Source of the DNA: Entomortierella parvispora E1425
Lineage: Eukaryota; Fungi; Mortierellomycota
DNA length: 64,000 bases
NCBI GenBank assembly: GCA_020891255.1
Contig: BQFW01000015.1
Coordinates: 2,738,633-2,802,632, forward strand
Direction of reading: 5' to 3'
The position numbers and the translations under genes were made by a program. The notes under the pieces were generated by a model. That model was not told the DNA's origin. It made no database searches and saw only the letters and a list, made by a program, of their open reading frames with translations. Below, piece after piece: positions 39,177 to 52,543 of this stretch (positions are counted from its first letter, which is position 1; the number at the start of each line of letters is the position of its first letter).

Positions 39177-40568
39177 ATGGCCGCCTCCAACTACACAGTC
39201 ATCGCCTCCGACGACGAATTTGCTGCCGTCTTCAAGCCCTCATCTGCCACCGTCTATGCCCTGAACTTCTGGGCTGCCTGGGCCCCTCCTTGCATTCAGA
39301 TGAACGATGTCTTCGAAGAGCTGGCTGCAAAGAACAACAACATCCAGTTCATCAAGGTAATGCTCTGCTGCCAAAGAAGGCCGCAACTTGGATGGATCTC
39401 TCTTTGACTACGACCTAATCTACAAGCCTCTTGTTTTAATAGATTGAAGCCGAGAAGTTTCCCGACATTTCTGAGGAGTATGAGATTGCTGCCGTCCCAA
39501 GCTTTGTCATCGTCAAGGTGAGCAACAGGAGACCAGTCGAGATAAATGCAGGGACCCTATAAGTTAGTTGGAAGACCCTGACGTCGTCGTTCTTTTGTTT
39601 TTAGGAGGGCAAGGTTCTGGATAGGGTCGAGGGAGCCAACGCCCCTGAGCTGTCCCAGACAATCGCAAAGTACTCGAAATCAACTTCCTCTACCACTACC
39701 TCTTCATCTGGAACGGCCGTTGGAGCCCCCTCTGCGCCCTCTGTTACCGCACCCACAATGTCGCCTGAAGAGATGACCGCTAGACTCAAGGAGTTGACCA
39801 GCAGTTCGAGCGTCATGGCCTTCATTAAAGGAACACCAACCGCACCTCGCTGCCAGTTCTCGCGCCAGTTGCTCGAGATCCTTACGGCTCAAAACATCCG
39901 CTTCAGCTCCTTCAATATCCTTGCCGATGATGAGGTTCGACAGGCCATGAAGACCTTCTCTGACTGGCCTACATTCCCCCAGGTATGGCAATCCTCCAAT
40001 TGATCTTGCTTTCTAGTTTGCTCCTTCACAATGGATCCGCTGACTTTTCTTTACCATTTCTCTCATCTCAGGTCTATGTCAAGGGTGAATTTGTCGGTGG
40101 ACTGGATGTCGTAAAGGAGTTGGTCGCTACTGGAGAGTTCCAGGCCCTTGTCCCCGCAGAGAAAGATCTGAAGACTCGTATGGACGAACTCATTCGCAAG
40201 GCACCAGTGATGATCTTTATCAAGGGAAGCCCAGAGACTCCCCGCTGTGGATTCTCAAAGTGAGTATTTTGAAACAATGATTGCTGCGACGCATGCTCTC
40301 TTCATATCAAGTTCTCATACTGGTTTTTACTTTGTTTGATAGGAAATTGGTTGCGCTCTTGGCTGATCAGGGAGTCACTTACGACTCTTTTGATATCTTG
40401 GAAGACGATGACATCCGACAGGGACTCAAGACCCATGTTGACTGGCCTACTTTCCCCATGGTCTTCTTCAAGGGTGAACTGTTGGGTGGCCTCGATATTA
40501 TCACGGAAATGGTGGAGAATGGAGAGTTTTCGCAGGTTGTGGCCGAGGCCAAGCTGCCTGCAGTGTAG
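39177..40568 (+). CDS. GRX4: Multidomain monothiol glutaredoxin (Trx plus two Grx domains; GRX3/4 / GLRX3-like), multi-exon
   Basis: Trx-like WAAWAPPC, Grx1 KGTPTAPRCQFS...WPTFPQVY and Grx2 KGSPETPRCGFS...WPTFPMVF. Confidence 0.9.
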
Positions 40569-40726
40569 TTGACCTATCCTCAAAATAAAAAATTATAAAA
40601 AAAAAACGCCACGAAATCTGCTCTCAGGCAGCCCTTAACAGCATGCATCTCCTTAACAGCATGCATCTCCTTGCATGCACATGCCCATCTTCACGCGACT
40701 ACCATCTGATATCATCCAATACTACC

Positions 40727-42156
40727 ATGGACTCATCGACACCAACTGTCCTCGAAGTCAACTTTAGACGTCTCCTAGCAAAGTGCCAGGCTAGAGCTAA
40801 TGCAGAGCAAGCATTGCAAGGCGCTGACAGAGCAAAGTTTCAAGCAGTACGGCGTTTGACAAGCACATGCATTCAATGAGAAAGGATTGCAGTGATGACT
40901 CATATATGAGTATATTTCGCATTGCTAGACCATTAAATCACTGCGTAATATGATACTGGATCTGGAAAAGGAAACTTCAAACACGTAAGTTGTGCAGCAT
41001 GGGGGTTTTAGCATCATTCAACCACTATCAGACGCCAACCTCTGTCTTGTGCGTGTTGCGACATCTAGGGGACGATTGGATTCAAGGACACTCCAAGAGT
41101 TTTCCAATAGCATAGAATCTCTGGCTCAAATGGAGGAGGATGTAATTCCTGTAGGTATAGGTTTAGAGATAATAGAGCAATTACGCGCATGGACTTCATC
41201 CTAATCGTTCATCTTCAATAGACAAACAAAATTATGACCCAGACTAGGATAATCGCACCCCGCGCAAAGTTCGATGAAGGACTCGATTTTAATACGGATT
41301 CCAATTCCTCCTCCAGCTTGACAGGACTGGGAGTGCAAAGGATGACCGCTGAGCATTCACAGGCAAGCGAAATATCCACCGCCGTTCAAACCAGCTGCCT
41401 GTCAGCAACTTCGACAAATGACTAATTGGGTTTCTGTAATAGACCATTGATCATGTCAGGATAGAACCCGAGAAGGCTGAAAATACCCACGGAATGCGAC
41501 CCAGAGGGTAAGCATACATGTTTCATCCTGTTGAGCCATGCAGAGGAGCGTTGAGGGGCCTGATAAACTGATACATTCCTGCACTTCCGTGGCGGATCTT
41601 TTTTTTTTTTTTTTTTTTTTTCCTGTAGAAACAAGGCTCGGCAAAGTGCGGAACAAATCTCAAAGAGGACGGCTTGGGGCACTGGCCGCCCATCATCCGG
41701 AGTTCAAGACCCTGCTGAAGACCAAGCCCAGGTGGAGGCTGCACTTCAAAATGATCGTGCACAGCGTGAGGAGATGGAGCAAGGAATTTCTAGATTGGTG
41801 AAGCAGCTTCGACACAATGCACTAACCATACAACAGACGCTAGTCGACGAGAAGAAATCCGGGGTCAGTTATCTGCCATTGGTGCACGTTTGGAAAAGAT
41901 GACAACTAGGTATCTGCCAATTTGATGTCAAACTCTAACCACGACCTTGTCTCTTGTGCACTTCTGTACGCCCCAATAGCTGTTCGAGGACGCTGACCAG
42001 GCACTCGACAACAACATATCGAGGCTTGGCAAGGAACGAGCGAGACTCGAGCTCTACTCCAAACAGAGTCGGAAGACAAAGTGGATGATTTGGGGCATTG
42101 TGTTAGGAGTGAGCATTGTGTTCGTCCTGATGTTCTTTGTCATTCGCATCTTCTGA
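40727..42156 (+). CDS. USE1: ER Qc-SNARE Use1-like, multi-exon, C-terminal transmembrane anchor
   Basis: N-terminal LEVNFRRLLAKCQ, SNARE coil (RAQREEMEQGISRLVKQLRHNAL...LDNNISRL) and a terminal TM WMIWGIVLGVSIVFVLMFFVIRIF*. Confidence 0.8.
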
Positions 42157-42217
42157 AATGCATTGAAGAATAGAAAGTCAAACGTTGATAAAAATTACAT
42201 GGTCTATTGTACAACCT

Positions 42218-45200
42218 CTATACACTATTTTCTGCCTCTTCTTGATCCTCGTCCTGCAAGTGAACGACCTTAATCCAGTTTCCAAATCCCACCACGACAT
42301 CACGTCCGCTTGCTCCTCCAGTTCTAGACATATCTCCGTGGCCCTGTCCACTGCCTGGCCGGGACACAACGTGAATGAGTCTGGCCTCCACAAACGGAAG
42401 GAGAGTGGGCTCCAAGCCTTCGTGAACCTCCTGTGAATTACTCGCCATGGGATTTAGATGCAGATTTGCTGACAGCGCACCTGATCCACCGGTGTAAACA
42501 TAGCCTTGCTGATGGCTGCTGGTACCAGTACTAAAAGATCCAGGTCGTCGCTGCAGCCTTGGTCGTGGATAGCTGCCATCCGCCCTACCTACTAAAAACT
42601 CCTTGTCGGCTGGAACGTGAACTGCCATACCTGATCCGTTTGAACTGACCAAGATCTGCGGCAAGTCAACATGTTCCGACGGTCTGTCCTGGAACTGAAT
42701 GTGAGGAGGGACAATTGCGGATGTCTGACTGTACTGTCCTTTGTAGGTGTGAGGCTGCAGGTTGATGGCGCGAACTGCAAGATCCAGGCCCCAAACGCCA
42801 GGGTCCTTAAAAATGCACTGGTACAGGTCTGCCTCCCAAACTTCCCATCCTCGTTTTGCTGGAGCAAATCCTTCATTGTGAATATCCTCTGAATTGGACG
42901 CTTGAAGTACATTCGATCCGCCCTCACTCTTGCGCCTGCTCCTGATTGTGTTTGAACCTGAGCCAAGGATATCTGAAACAGAGGCATGTGCTCGCTTGGC
43001 TGTCCACGCCGTACTGCAGGCCGAAGTCGAGCTTTCTGTTCGTCGAATTCCATAAACGCACGTGTCCCCGACTGCCATGCTCTTGCCACCCCGCTGCTTG
43101 ATGTAGCCGACCAGCCGTGGCACAGGTAGAGACGAGGTAAGCAGATCAGAGACGTTTCTTGACCCGACTTCTTCCAAAATGGGCTCAGTCGGAATTGGTG
43201 AGATGGGGTCGCGTGAGGGAGAGCTACTATGAAGACTCTTCCTGCTGATACTCTCTGACACTGCGGCTTCAGGGAGACAAAGTAGCCCCTCCCACTCTAT
43301 AGCCCATACCATCACCGTTTCGTCGACGCCAGAGGAGAGAACCAACCACACTCGAGGCGCTGGTTCTCCTGTCAAACCGTCCTCCAGCTCCAATGCATGA
43401 AAAAAGAGCCTTGTAACTGCTCCAGTATGTGATGGTTGGTGGCTGTCCATAGGGCCCTGGGATCGTCGGCGGCTCTCGTTGGACAGTTTGCCATTTACGA
43501 TCGTAGACGTGTTTCCCCGCGATAATGTCCACACAGGGTTGCCATGTTCCAAATCCCATACTTTGACGGCTCCATTCGAATATCCTGTTGCGAGCATTGG
43601 CACCTCGGGATTCACACACAGGACAGATACACTGACTCCGATGCCAACTCCACTATGACTCCATCGCATCGCCCAAAGCGACCCCTCTGACTGGGGTGTA
43701 CTCCAGCACTGTATTCCGCCATCCCTGCCTGCAACCAACAAATAGAACTGTGGTCGAAGTCTCAAATCGACCTGAGTTTGAGCGCTGAGAGCAGTGATTT
43801 GAAGCTCTGATATCCCCCCTCGCAGCTTGGTCTCCATTAGGCGTCTTCCCTTTCCAGACTCGAGATCCCACTGCCATATGTCGCCATCTCGATATCCAAC
43901 GATAAGAATCGATTTTGGCAGCGATCCATCAAAGTGCCTGCCCAGCGAAGGGTCCCAGAAGCACATGCTTACAACTCGAGACTTTGATACGTCTCCATGG
44001 GAATCAGGCGTCCGGCATAGCTCCATCTCAGAAATCAAAGAAGGCACCTGGTTTCTACCAAGCCCCGGAGCAGAGTCACACTTCCAAATAAGAACAGTAC
44101 CATCCGCAAACCCCACTGCGGCAAAGATCCCTTTCCGGTGTATCTTCAGACAGCGAACAGCTCGCTTATTGGTTGAAGGCATGGAAGACTGATGCTTGCG
44201 AATAGAGTGACCTTGAGGCCGTTCCTTCAGCTGAGCAATTGGCGTCCTGGCATCTTGACTGTGAATACTACTCCATAGCAATATTATACCATCCATAGAT
44301 GAAGTCAAGATATGGCTGCCCTCTGTAGACACATCCATTTGATCGATATCCGTTTGGTGTCCTCCGAAGCATAGAGTATCAACTGCCCCCGGAAGTGGTG
44401 TACAGAGCCCTTGGTTTTGCGCCAGCTCTTTCGCCTCTGCAGCCAGCAAAGCTTCTTCCATCAGCTTCCTCTTGGATTGATAGTCTCCAGGCAGTACAAT
44501 AAATGGGAAGCTCCACTGCAGATCCACCAACAGCTTTCGTTGAGGGCTGAGCAGGTACGAAAGTAATAACAAAATGGCGGCCGCAAGAATGATGGAGGGA
44601 ATTACAAATACCCGTACGAGCCAAAAGAAGAAGAGGCAAGTAGAGAGTATTGCAGTCCAAAGCAGGCGGAAGCGCGAAGGTCCGACTTTGTCGTCTTTAA
44701 GAGCTGGATCCTGGGATCCGCCTACACCGTCGACTTCGCGCAAAGTGTCATCTTCCCCTGCGATGCATTCGATGGCTCTGGTCGTTCCTGTTGAGATATC
44801 AAGACAATCTGTCTCGTTTACAGTGCTTGAAAATCTCGACAGCGAAATCACAGCTGGGGACTGTAACTCAAGAAAGCCTCCGGTCTGTTCAGGATCCACA
44901 AGTGACCAAAATTCAGCAGACGCCTCGGATGATTCCAATCGCCAATACGATACTAATGCTGGCCCATGAGTGCCTTGAACAACTTGACTGGTTGTGCCAT
45001 AGATATAACCAAGGTAGCCCATCACTCCAACCATCTATACAGCACATATGTGTTTTTTTTAGATCAGCTTCAAGGGTCATCAGCATCACAATCCTAATGG
45101 TCCGAGTTGAGAGGATATCATACCATAATCGAGGTGAATATTCGACCCTTTGGGTTTGGACGAGTTTTACGGGAACTACTCTCCACATCGTTTTCTGCAT

Positions 45201-47387
45201 GGGCAGAGTCGGCGCTGTCACGTCGCTGTTGCCTGTTCCAGTTGTTTTCAGCAGAGTGTCGAGTTGTTGACGTGGGGTGCAACAGTAAGCGCGCAGTCTC
45301 GGAACTGCCAACTGAGACTCCAGTTCTTGTAGCAGGGTCATGCTGGGGGTTGAACTGATATCGTGAATAGGTTGGATACACCGGGCGGATGGCCAGGTCG
45401 GAAAGTTCCAGGCGCCGAATATCAATTGAAATGACTGTGATAAAGAATGTCATCTGCAATAGATAATCCATGATGACAGCGGCAATTGCAAAGGTGCAAA
45501 ACTCTTGAACAGCTGGGATTGTCGTCATAGCCCCAATTGCTAGCAGGCAGAGTTCAGCTGCCAATGTCAAGGTGATGGAGACTCCAACGGCCCCCAATCC
45601 TCGTCCAACGCGTTCCTTGACAGGTAGATCCATGGATGTTTCAACAACAGCGTGGACAAGAATGTTGATATTCTCCACACCAACTACAATAATCATAAAC
45701 GGTAATATCTCCCTGAAAGGTCCGGGAACAATTGCGTCAATACAGGGAATGGTATGTTGTAAATAGCAGTTAAAACTCCGTACTTCTTCCTTACCATGGC
45801 ATTAGAGTTAAAGTGACCCCAAAGACGGAGCAGAGACCGATGGACATGAGTAGAGATACAAACACGGTCGCCACTGCTGCAATTCCAAGGCCATACTTTG
45901 ATTTCACGAGATCGACCCGGCCGACAGAGAGCGATATATACAAAAACATGACAAAATATGCCATCCCAAGCAGCCAGTACTCAGCAGATATGTTTGTTCG
46001 TGGCCGTGCATATTCCTATGATATTGAAAGAGTCGGGCCATCAGTATCCGTTATAGTTGAGAAAGAAAAGCTGTGGCCAGACGAGAATTTTTACCTCTGA
46101 AACAATTCTTTTTGATCCTCCACCCTCTATTGCCGGGATAACCCTGGCCCAAAACTCGGCACGCTGATCTTCTGCCGAAAGCGATGACCTGGAAACATTT
46201 CCAGTATCAAAAGTGCGGATGGAACCCGTCTGAATGGCCATGTGGGCCACGTTATCCTCTTTCTCGAGAGGACGGTGTAATGCATCAGCTGCTTCCTCGG
46301 CAAGATTCGACCTCAAGCGGTCAATAATTAGCGCCCAAATGCGTCTGACGTCCAAGTCTTTGTAATTGCCTGGCTGCGCTTCCTTTGATTTTGAATCGGC
46401 AAGATCACCTCGGAGAAAAAAAGTTATCACAAGTGACTTGGGCAACATAGGACTGTGTTCATCTCCGGGAACAACCCCTGAAAAGATATTTGAGAGTAGG
46501 TCCTGCGAGTTGTCTAGTCGATCGTCGTCTCCATTAGCATTCATGCTGCCTCCGTGGAGCCCTCCTTTGTCATCGCCATCCCTTTGCAAAGCAGGAGAGT
46601 GTACAATGCAATTGCCGGCTGCTGATTGTGAGGCTGATCCTTGGTGGTCGCTGGATCCCACTACTGAGCCTGGAGGCGATTGAAGACAGATGTCCTTGAG
46701 TGTAACAACCTGCGAAACTCCTCGGTTGACGCCATCAGTGCTGCTGTCAAGTTCGACTTTAATTGACCGGATCTTTTCCTGAATTTGGGAAGCGTATGCG
46801 AAGAGGTTCAACCCTGCAAAAGTGCCGTTGTGGTCCAATGCCGCCTCCGCATTAAACTCGTCTGGGAAGAGGTTCGAAGCGTTGATGATGAGCGGTGCAA
46901 TAAGAACAAGCGGATCCTTTGAAGGTAGCCGTCCGTCGAACACATCCGGATCCTGAGACCAAGTTGGTGCCATAATCTTGTTGAGCCAGAATGTGTCTAG
47001 ATCAGGGACCTGTCGCGTGAAGGGTCGACTGACTGGCCTAGAACTTTTCAGGGCATCTCCAGCATGGTTGATCGTCACGCCAGAGGGGACAAAGGGAGGT
47101 CGCGGGGAAAATGAAAGGCTGACAGACTGAATTGAGCTCCGTTGACGAACGTAGGCCGATGAGTTGTATGAAGCGACTATCCCAGGGTACGAAATCATTC
47201 CTACGAAGAGAATAACCAGGACCATGACAGTGGCCTGGTTCGAGGCACAGAGGCGGCCATGGTGATAGAAGCGCTGGGCAAGAGCGTCATTGTAGCGGCG
47301 AAGAGTTGGGTTGGCACGGAGTGAGAATGAAGAGGCGATGGCGCCGACAAGCGGAGCCAGTCCGGGAATCCGAGACAGGGCGGACAT
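42218..47387 (-). CDS. SCAP: SREBP cleavage-activating protein (sterol-sensing domain plus C-terminal WD40 repeats), multi-exon
   Basis: FYHHGRLCASN N-terminus, sterol-sensing domain PFMIIVVGVENINILVHAVVET..PVKERVGRGL...QEFCTFA..AVIMDYLLQMTFF, and WD40 repeats (ILTSSMDGIILLWS, LATGYSNGAVKVWD). Confidence 0.9.
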
Positions 47388-48047
47388 TCTCCTAGATGTG
47401 CGAATGGTAAGAGCAGGTAGGAGAGGAAGAATCGAGTCAGTTCACGGTTGCCCAGGGTAATGTCCGGAATGCAACGCTGTCCATGACCTGACTATCAATT
47501 TACATTTATCGATCGGTCGGTTGGTTTATGTGTCTGTCAAAATGAGTCGAGAGTCAAGTCAACCGAGGTTTTGGAATGTCAGATCAAATTCGCTCTCATG
47601 GCCGTGGATTCGAGGGAACAGAGGCGACGCTGCCGAGTCAACAGGCGGTAGAGAGAAGAGTGTATGCGTGTGACAAAGACCAGCTAGCGAGGCGATGGAG
47701 AAAGGGTAGAGAACGAAGGCAACGACAATGATGAAGAGAATGGAGGCGGAAGGTGAAGATCCTGGACCTGGAGAGCGGTGAGTCACGTGTTCGGCTTATT
47801 TTGCCCATGATGTTGACAGAAGGCTGTTGGGGTGTGGCGCTTTGAGCCTTCTCTGCTCTCGCTCCATGTCCCTCAAAAATATAATCCAAAGCTGGAAGCT
47901 CGGCTACGAGCTTTCTTCTTTCGTGTCTTTCCTTTATTTACCGCGAGGGAACAAAGCACCAGTCTCCAAGCCAATATTCTTTTTTTATAATTTGTTGCAA
48001 CTGCCGCCGTCGCCGATGCGCTGAGCTGTGCATACTACCCTACGTGT

Positions 48048-48452
48048 CTAACGCCTTGAGTCTGAATCCCGTTGCTGCTGAAGAATGATGACAGGGGGAG
48101 TCTTGAAACGCTTGCTGTTGTTAAATTCCAATGATGAATAGTCGATCGCTTTTGCCTCTTCGCTTCTGATAACTGAACCGATCGCCATGAAGAATGCAAA
48201 CGTGGCTGTGGATGAGAGCATTGTCTGCGCAAGATTGTTGACATAGCCGCGAGATCCTGGTCCGTTGCTATCATAGATGAGAGAAGAGTGTTAATAAAAA
48301 AAAATTGAAAATGGGAATCATGGACTGAATCACCTTGAAATGCCCATTTACCGCATGGCAGAGATACCGCCAAAGACAAGACCAATGCAGAGACCAACGG
48401 CCCCTCCCATCATGGCGCCGACCTTGGCGCGCTCGAATTTTGTAGGTTCCAT
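48048..48452 (-). CDS. MGR2: Mgr2/ROMO1-family mitochondrial inner-membrane protein; exons 48452-48352 and 48267-48048 (106 aa); absent from the ORF track in its true frame
   Basis: Spliced MEPTKFERAKVGAMMGGAVGLCIGLVFGGISAMR-NGPGSRGYVNNLAQTMLSSTATFAFFMAIGSVIRSE. Confidence 0.9.
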
Positions 48453-48955
48453 GCTGAATATGCGCCTGTTACTGGAGGGTTGATGATCAAAAACCTACGA
48501 AAACCAGAGGCAATGTCTTCCGCGCTGAAGAGACACTGAACGAAACACGTGATGCTCGAAGCCTGCCAGCGTGACTGTGTCAAAAACTCCGACGACGAGG
48601 AGATGCATGCAATGCCCATGCATGCTTTTCTTGCATGCACTCCCTTTGCCTTTTTAACATCACGTCAGCGTTCCGCCTTTGTTTTTTCAAACCACCCTCT
48701 ACTGCTTTGCTATAGATATCGCTCTCTCCCCGAGCACTGTATTGCTCGACCCTGCACAAGTAAGAATACTGATAAAAACTGCACGAAAACGAACCATGTC
48801 GTGTCTGTCTGTTGCCATGCATGAATAGCGAGGAATGCACTTGCGTGTCAACTTACCCCATCTCTGCATCTTTTTGTAGAGCAAACCAAAAACTCATCGG
48901 CTTCTAAACTGCCCTCTGTTCCTTACTCCCGTGTTAATCCCCATCAAAGAACTTC

Positions 48956-51592
48956 ATGAAGCCCGAGACACACAACAGGTCGTCGACCAATGGTCAAAGT
49001 GCTGGTCCAAGTAGTCGCAACGACCAGGAGGATGTGCCCATGACTATGACTGTTGGAAGTCCAAACCCAAATGTTTTGACCCCGACAGGATTCAACCGAC
49101 ATGAGCTTGTACGATTGATGGTACAATCACTTCAGAGTCTTGGGTACAAGTACGTAGACAGGACAATGTCTTGGATATCAAAAGCGGGTCAAATATGTAT
49201 CTAATTAGTCTGTTGCTTCTAGGAAATCTGCCCATGAACTGGAAGCCGAATCAGGATTTCAACTTGAGAGTCCGGCTGTGACCTTATTTCGTGAATGTGT
49301 CTTGCAAGGAAAATGGGACAAAGTGGAAGAATTGATGGACGAGTTGGATTTGGACCCTGTGCATGGCTTACCTGTAAGTGTACACCATCAACTTCTGACA
49401 TCTCTCATCAAAGGCTATTCGTCTAAATGGTTCTCCTTCATGAATATTTCCCAGCTGGTCAAGTTTTCGATACGCGAGCAAAAGTTTCTCGAACTGTTGG
49501 AGGCACGCCAAATTAAAAGTGCACTGGTCGTACTCCGTTCCGAATTAACTCCCTTGAACCAGAACATTGAACGTGTGCATACTTTGACCAGGTTTGGCAC
49601 CAGTGATCATTCTACCGGCTCATATCAAATTGTCTGAAAATCAGCTTTAGGCTAACAGCCGATTTTTTTTTCTAGCTACATGATGAGCTCAAGTGCCGAA
49701 GACTTGCGACAGCGCGCACAATGGGATGGAGTTGCCGGATTGTCTCGACAAACTCTGCTGTCGTCTCTGCAGAGTAAGAGACAGGCTATGCATCTACGAC
49801 AGTGAAAATCCTTGTTCATGAGAAGGTCCCTTTACTAACTCTTCTCTCTAGAGTTCATATCACCTGCCGTTATGGTGCCACAGTTGCGACTGGAAACAAT
49901 GTTACGCCAAGCAACCGAGCTCCAAGCGAAGAATTGTATCTACCACGACAATCGCAGCACCTCGTACAGTCTCTACAGCGACCATATTTGCGACAAGTAG
50001 GTTTGATTCGTTGAACAGTATGATTCCAACGGCCGACCTATTTACCTTGCATTGATATTGTTCGTAGGTCAGGAATTCCGTCAGTGACCAAGAAGATTCT
50101 TGACAATCACACGAACGAGGTCTGGTACATTACTTTTTCGCACGATGGTAAATATCTTGCTTCAGGTTCAGCAGATAGCAGGATTATTATTTGGAGCTTG
50201 GAGGTAAAGAGAATCATTCAAGCATAGGAATGCATGAGTTTCCTGTAGTAGATACGCATCCATTGACCATCCCTTTCTGCCTGTGACAGTCATTTGAACC
50301 TGTACACACTCTGCAAGGACACACAAGCAAAGTTTCTTGTTGTGCCTGGTCACCAGATGACACACAACTGCTTACGGCAGGATACGATAGAACTGTGAAG
50401 CTCTGGGATGTCAAGGTAAACAACTGGGACCGTATATTGGCCTTTTTTTTTTTTCTCGAAATTGATGAACCATGTTTGCTGACACCTTTTCGAGTTATTC
50501 TTTTCACATCAGACTGCTGTTCTGAAATCAACCTTCCAGCGACATAGTGATGTTGTTTCTTGCCTCGCATGGCTTCCTGACGGCGAGCGCTTTGTCTCTG
50601 GAAGCGACAAAAATCTATATTTGATGGTAAGTTCCACTGAACAAGCAGAATGATATCCAAGTAAATGCCTGACTGGAACAAATTGTTGTTTTGCTTTAGT
50701 CGTACACGGGTGATATGCTTCGACAGTGGCAGTTCCCTGTGAGAGATTTGGCTATTTCTTTCGACGGCCAAACCCTGGTGGCCATGGGAGGCACCATCGT
50801 CCGTCTGATAAGCCTCGTTGACTTCAGTGAAATCAGGTAAGCCACTCTTCTTGGCGATGACTTTGGTTGAACTGGCTGTCAGTTTCTTACCGACATTGTG
50901 AAACAGCAAAATAGAGGAGACGGACAGCATCACCGCTATTAGTTTATCCAAGGATGGATGCCATCTTTTGGTCAGCACCACTTTGAAGGTAGTGGAGCTC
51001 CCATGTTTGAGGTCATATGAATACACCAAATTTGACTCAAAAGACTGACCGCTGAGAACCAATTCATCTTGTTGTAGCCTGACAAACTCCCTACAATGCG
51101 CGAGATTCACTTGTGGAACCTGGCGGAAGGGCGGATTGAGCGTAAATATTCGGGATTCAAGCAAGGCCTCTATATTGTACGATGTTGTTTTGGCGGATGG
51201 GATGAGCGCTTTGTAATCAGTGGCAGCGAAGACTGCAAAGTTTACATTTGGCACAAGGAAAACGGCAGTTTGATCCAAACGCTGGAAGGGCACTCGCGAG
51301 CCGTTACCTCCGTTGCATGGAGTCCAACGAATCCGGCCATGTTTGCATCTGCAAGCGATGACCACACAATCCGGATGTAAGTGAATGCGCCCATTGCCTT
51401 TGATAGTTTGTTGGTCTGACCTGGGTATATGCAACGTACCCAACAGCTCATCGCGTGGAGTAGAAGGGTCGGAAAGGCTACCCACGTACCCGGGAACCCT
51501 TCTGGTTCTAAAAATAACAACAATATCTTTGATCTAGATGGGGTACGCCTGAAGATGATCAACCGCAGGTGTTGTCTGCGAATAGCCCGTAG
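48956..51592 (+). CDS. LisH/CTLH plus WD40 protein (WDR26/Gid7-like, GID/CTLH E3 complex), multi-exon
   Basis: RHELVRLMVQSLQSLGY, LFRECVLQGKWD, IREQKFLELLE, HTNEVWYITFSHDGKYLASGS, FVISGSEDCKVYIWH and PAMFASASDDHTIR. Confidence 0.9.
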
Positions 51593-52543
51593 CTGCCTGT
51601 GAGACGGATTTAGGACTCAGAACGTGGCGTGGGCAACACAGATGCTCTTGTCCAGTTGATCTTTGGCGCGACTCTCAGTCATTGGACATTTATCCATTTA
51701 CCGGAAGACACTTGTTTGAAATAAAATGCAGGGCTCCCGTCAATCATTATCTTACTGGACTGACTTTTCCCGGGGAGCTATGTAGATCTTGGGACGTTAT
51801 GGTGGTGCAACCCAGGGGTGCCCCTGACCATCATGAATCTGAGACCACGTCGAGTTTGCTCAATTGGATCTCAGATTTCAGTCACTTTTTGGTTCCTGGC
51901 CAAGCAGAATCAAGCAGAAAAGCAGGCGATGTATCAACTGAGGACTCGGCCACCCTGATCCAGTTGGGGGATGAAGAAAACGGACATGCGCTGTAGATAG
52001 ACTTCGTTTTGACGAACAAGTCCCAAGGAAATCGTCAAGCGAGCAATTGTCCTTCCGAATCGCATCAAAAGATGCAGAATTTTGGAGCCCAACACCCTTT
52101 GAGAGCTTTGGTGTCTCGGACCCTGCTTCTCGAGCGGTGATCAGAAAGATGTGTAGAGCCCAATCGCAGTCTGTGGCGGCGGTCTGTTCCTCATTCAGTA
52201 ATCAATGGTTTTCAGCAAACAAAAACAGAGACAGACCCTGATCCGAGAGACTAAGACAGGACAGCGGTGCCCTGCTTTTTTTTTCATCCTTTGTCTTCAA
52301 AAAAAAAAAAAACGTCGACTCCGCCCAAGCGATACGATGAAAAGATGGACGGACTTCGTACTTTTACCCGGAATGGGTGACCCTGCAACAATGAATTAGT
52401 AAAAGAACACGCCCCCTGGTCATTTACCGATGTACAACTTTCTTATAAAAGAGGCCCTCCCCCGGGTTCATCCACAAACATCACTCATCTCGAAGTCTTG
52501 ATATCTACCTCCTCTCATCCTCAAAACAACCCTTACTATCATC

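Noticed and set aside
48081-48176. Apparent box C/D snoRNA on the plus strand: ATGATGA at 48085 and 48131, CTGA at 48166, with segments complementary to the 5' region of LSU rRNA as I recall it
   Set aside because: It is exactly the antisense of MGR2 coding exon 2 (IRSEEAKAIDYSSLEF...PPVIILQ), so codon content explains the boxes and guides. There is also no terminal stem.
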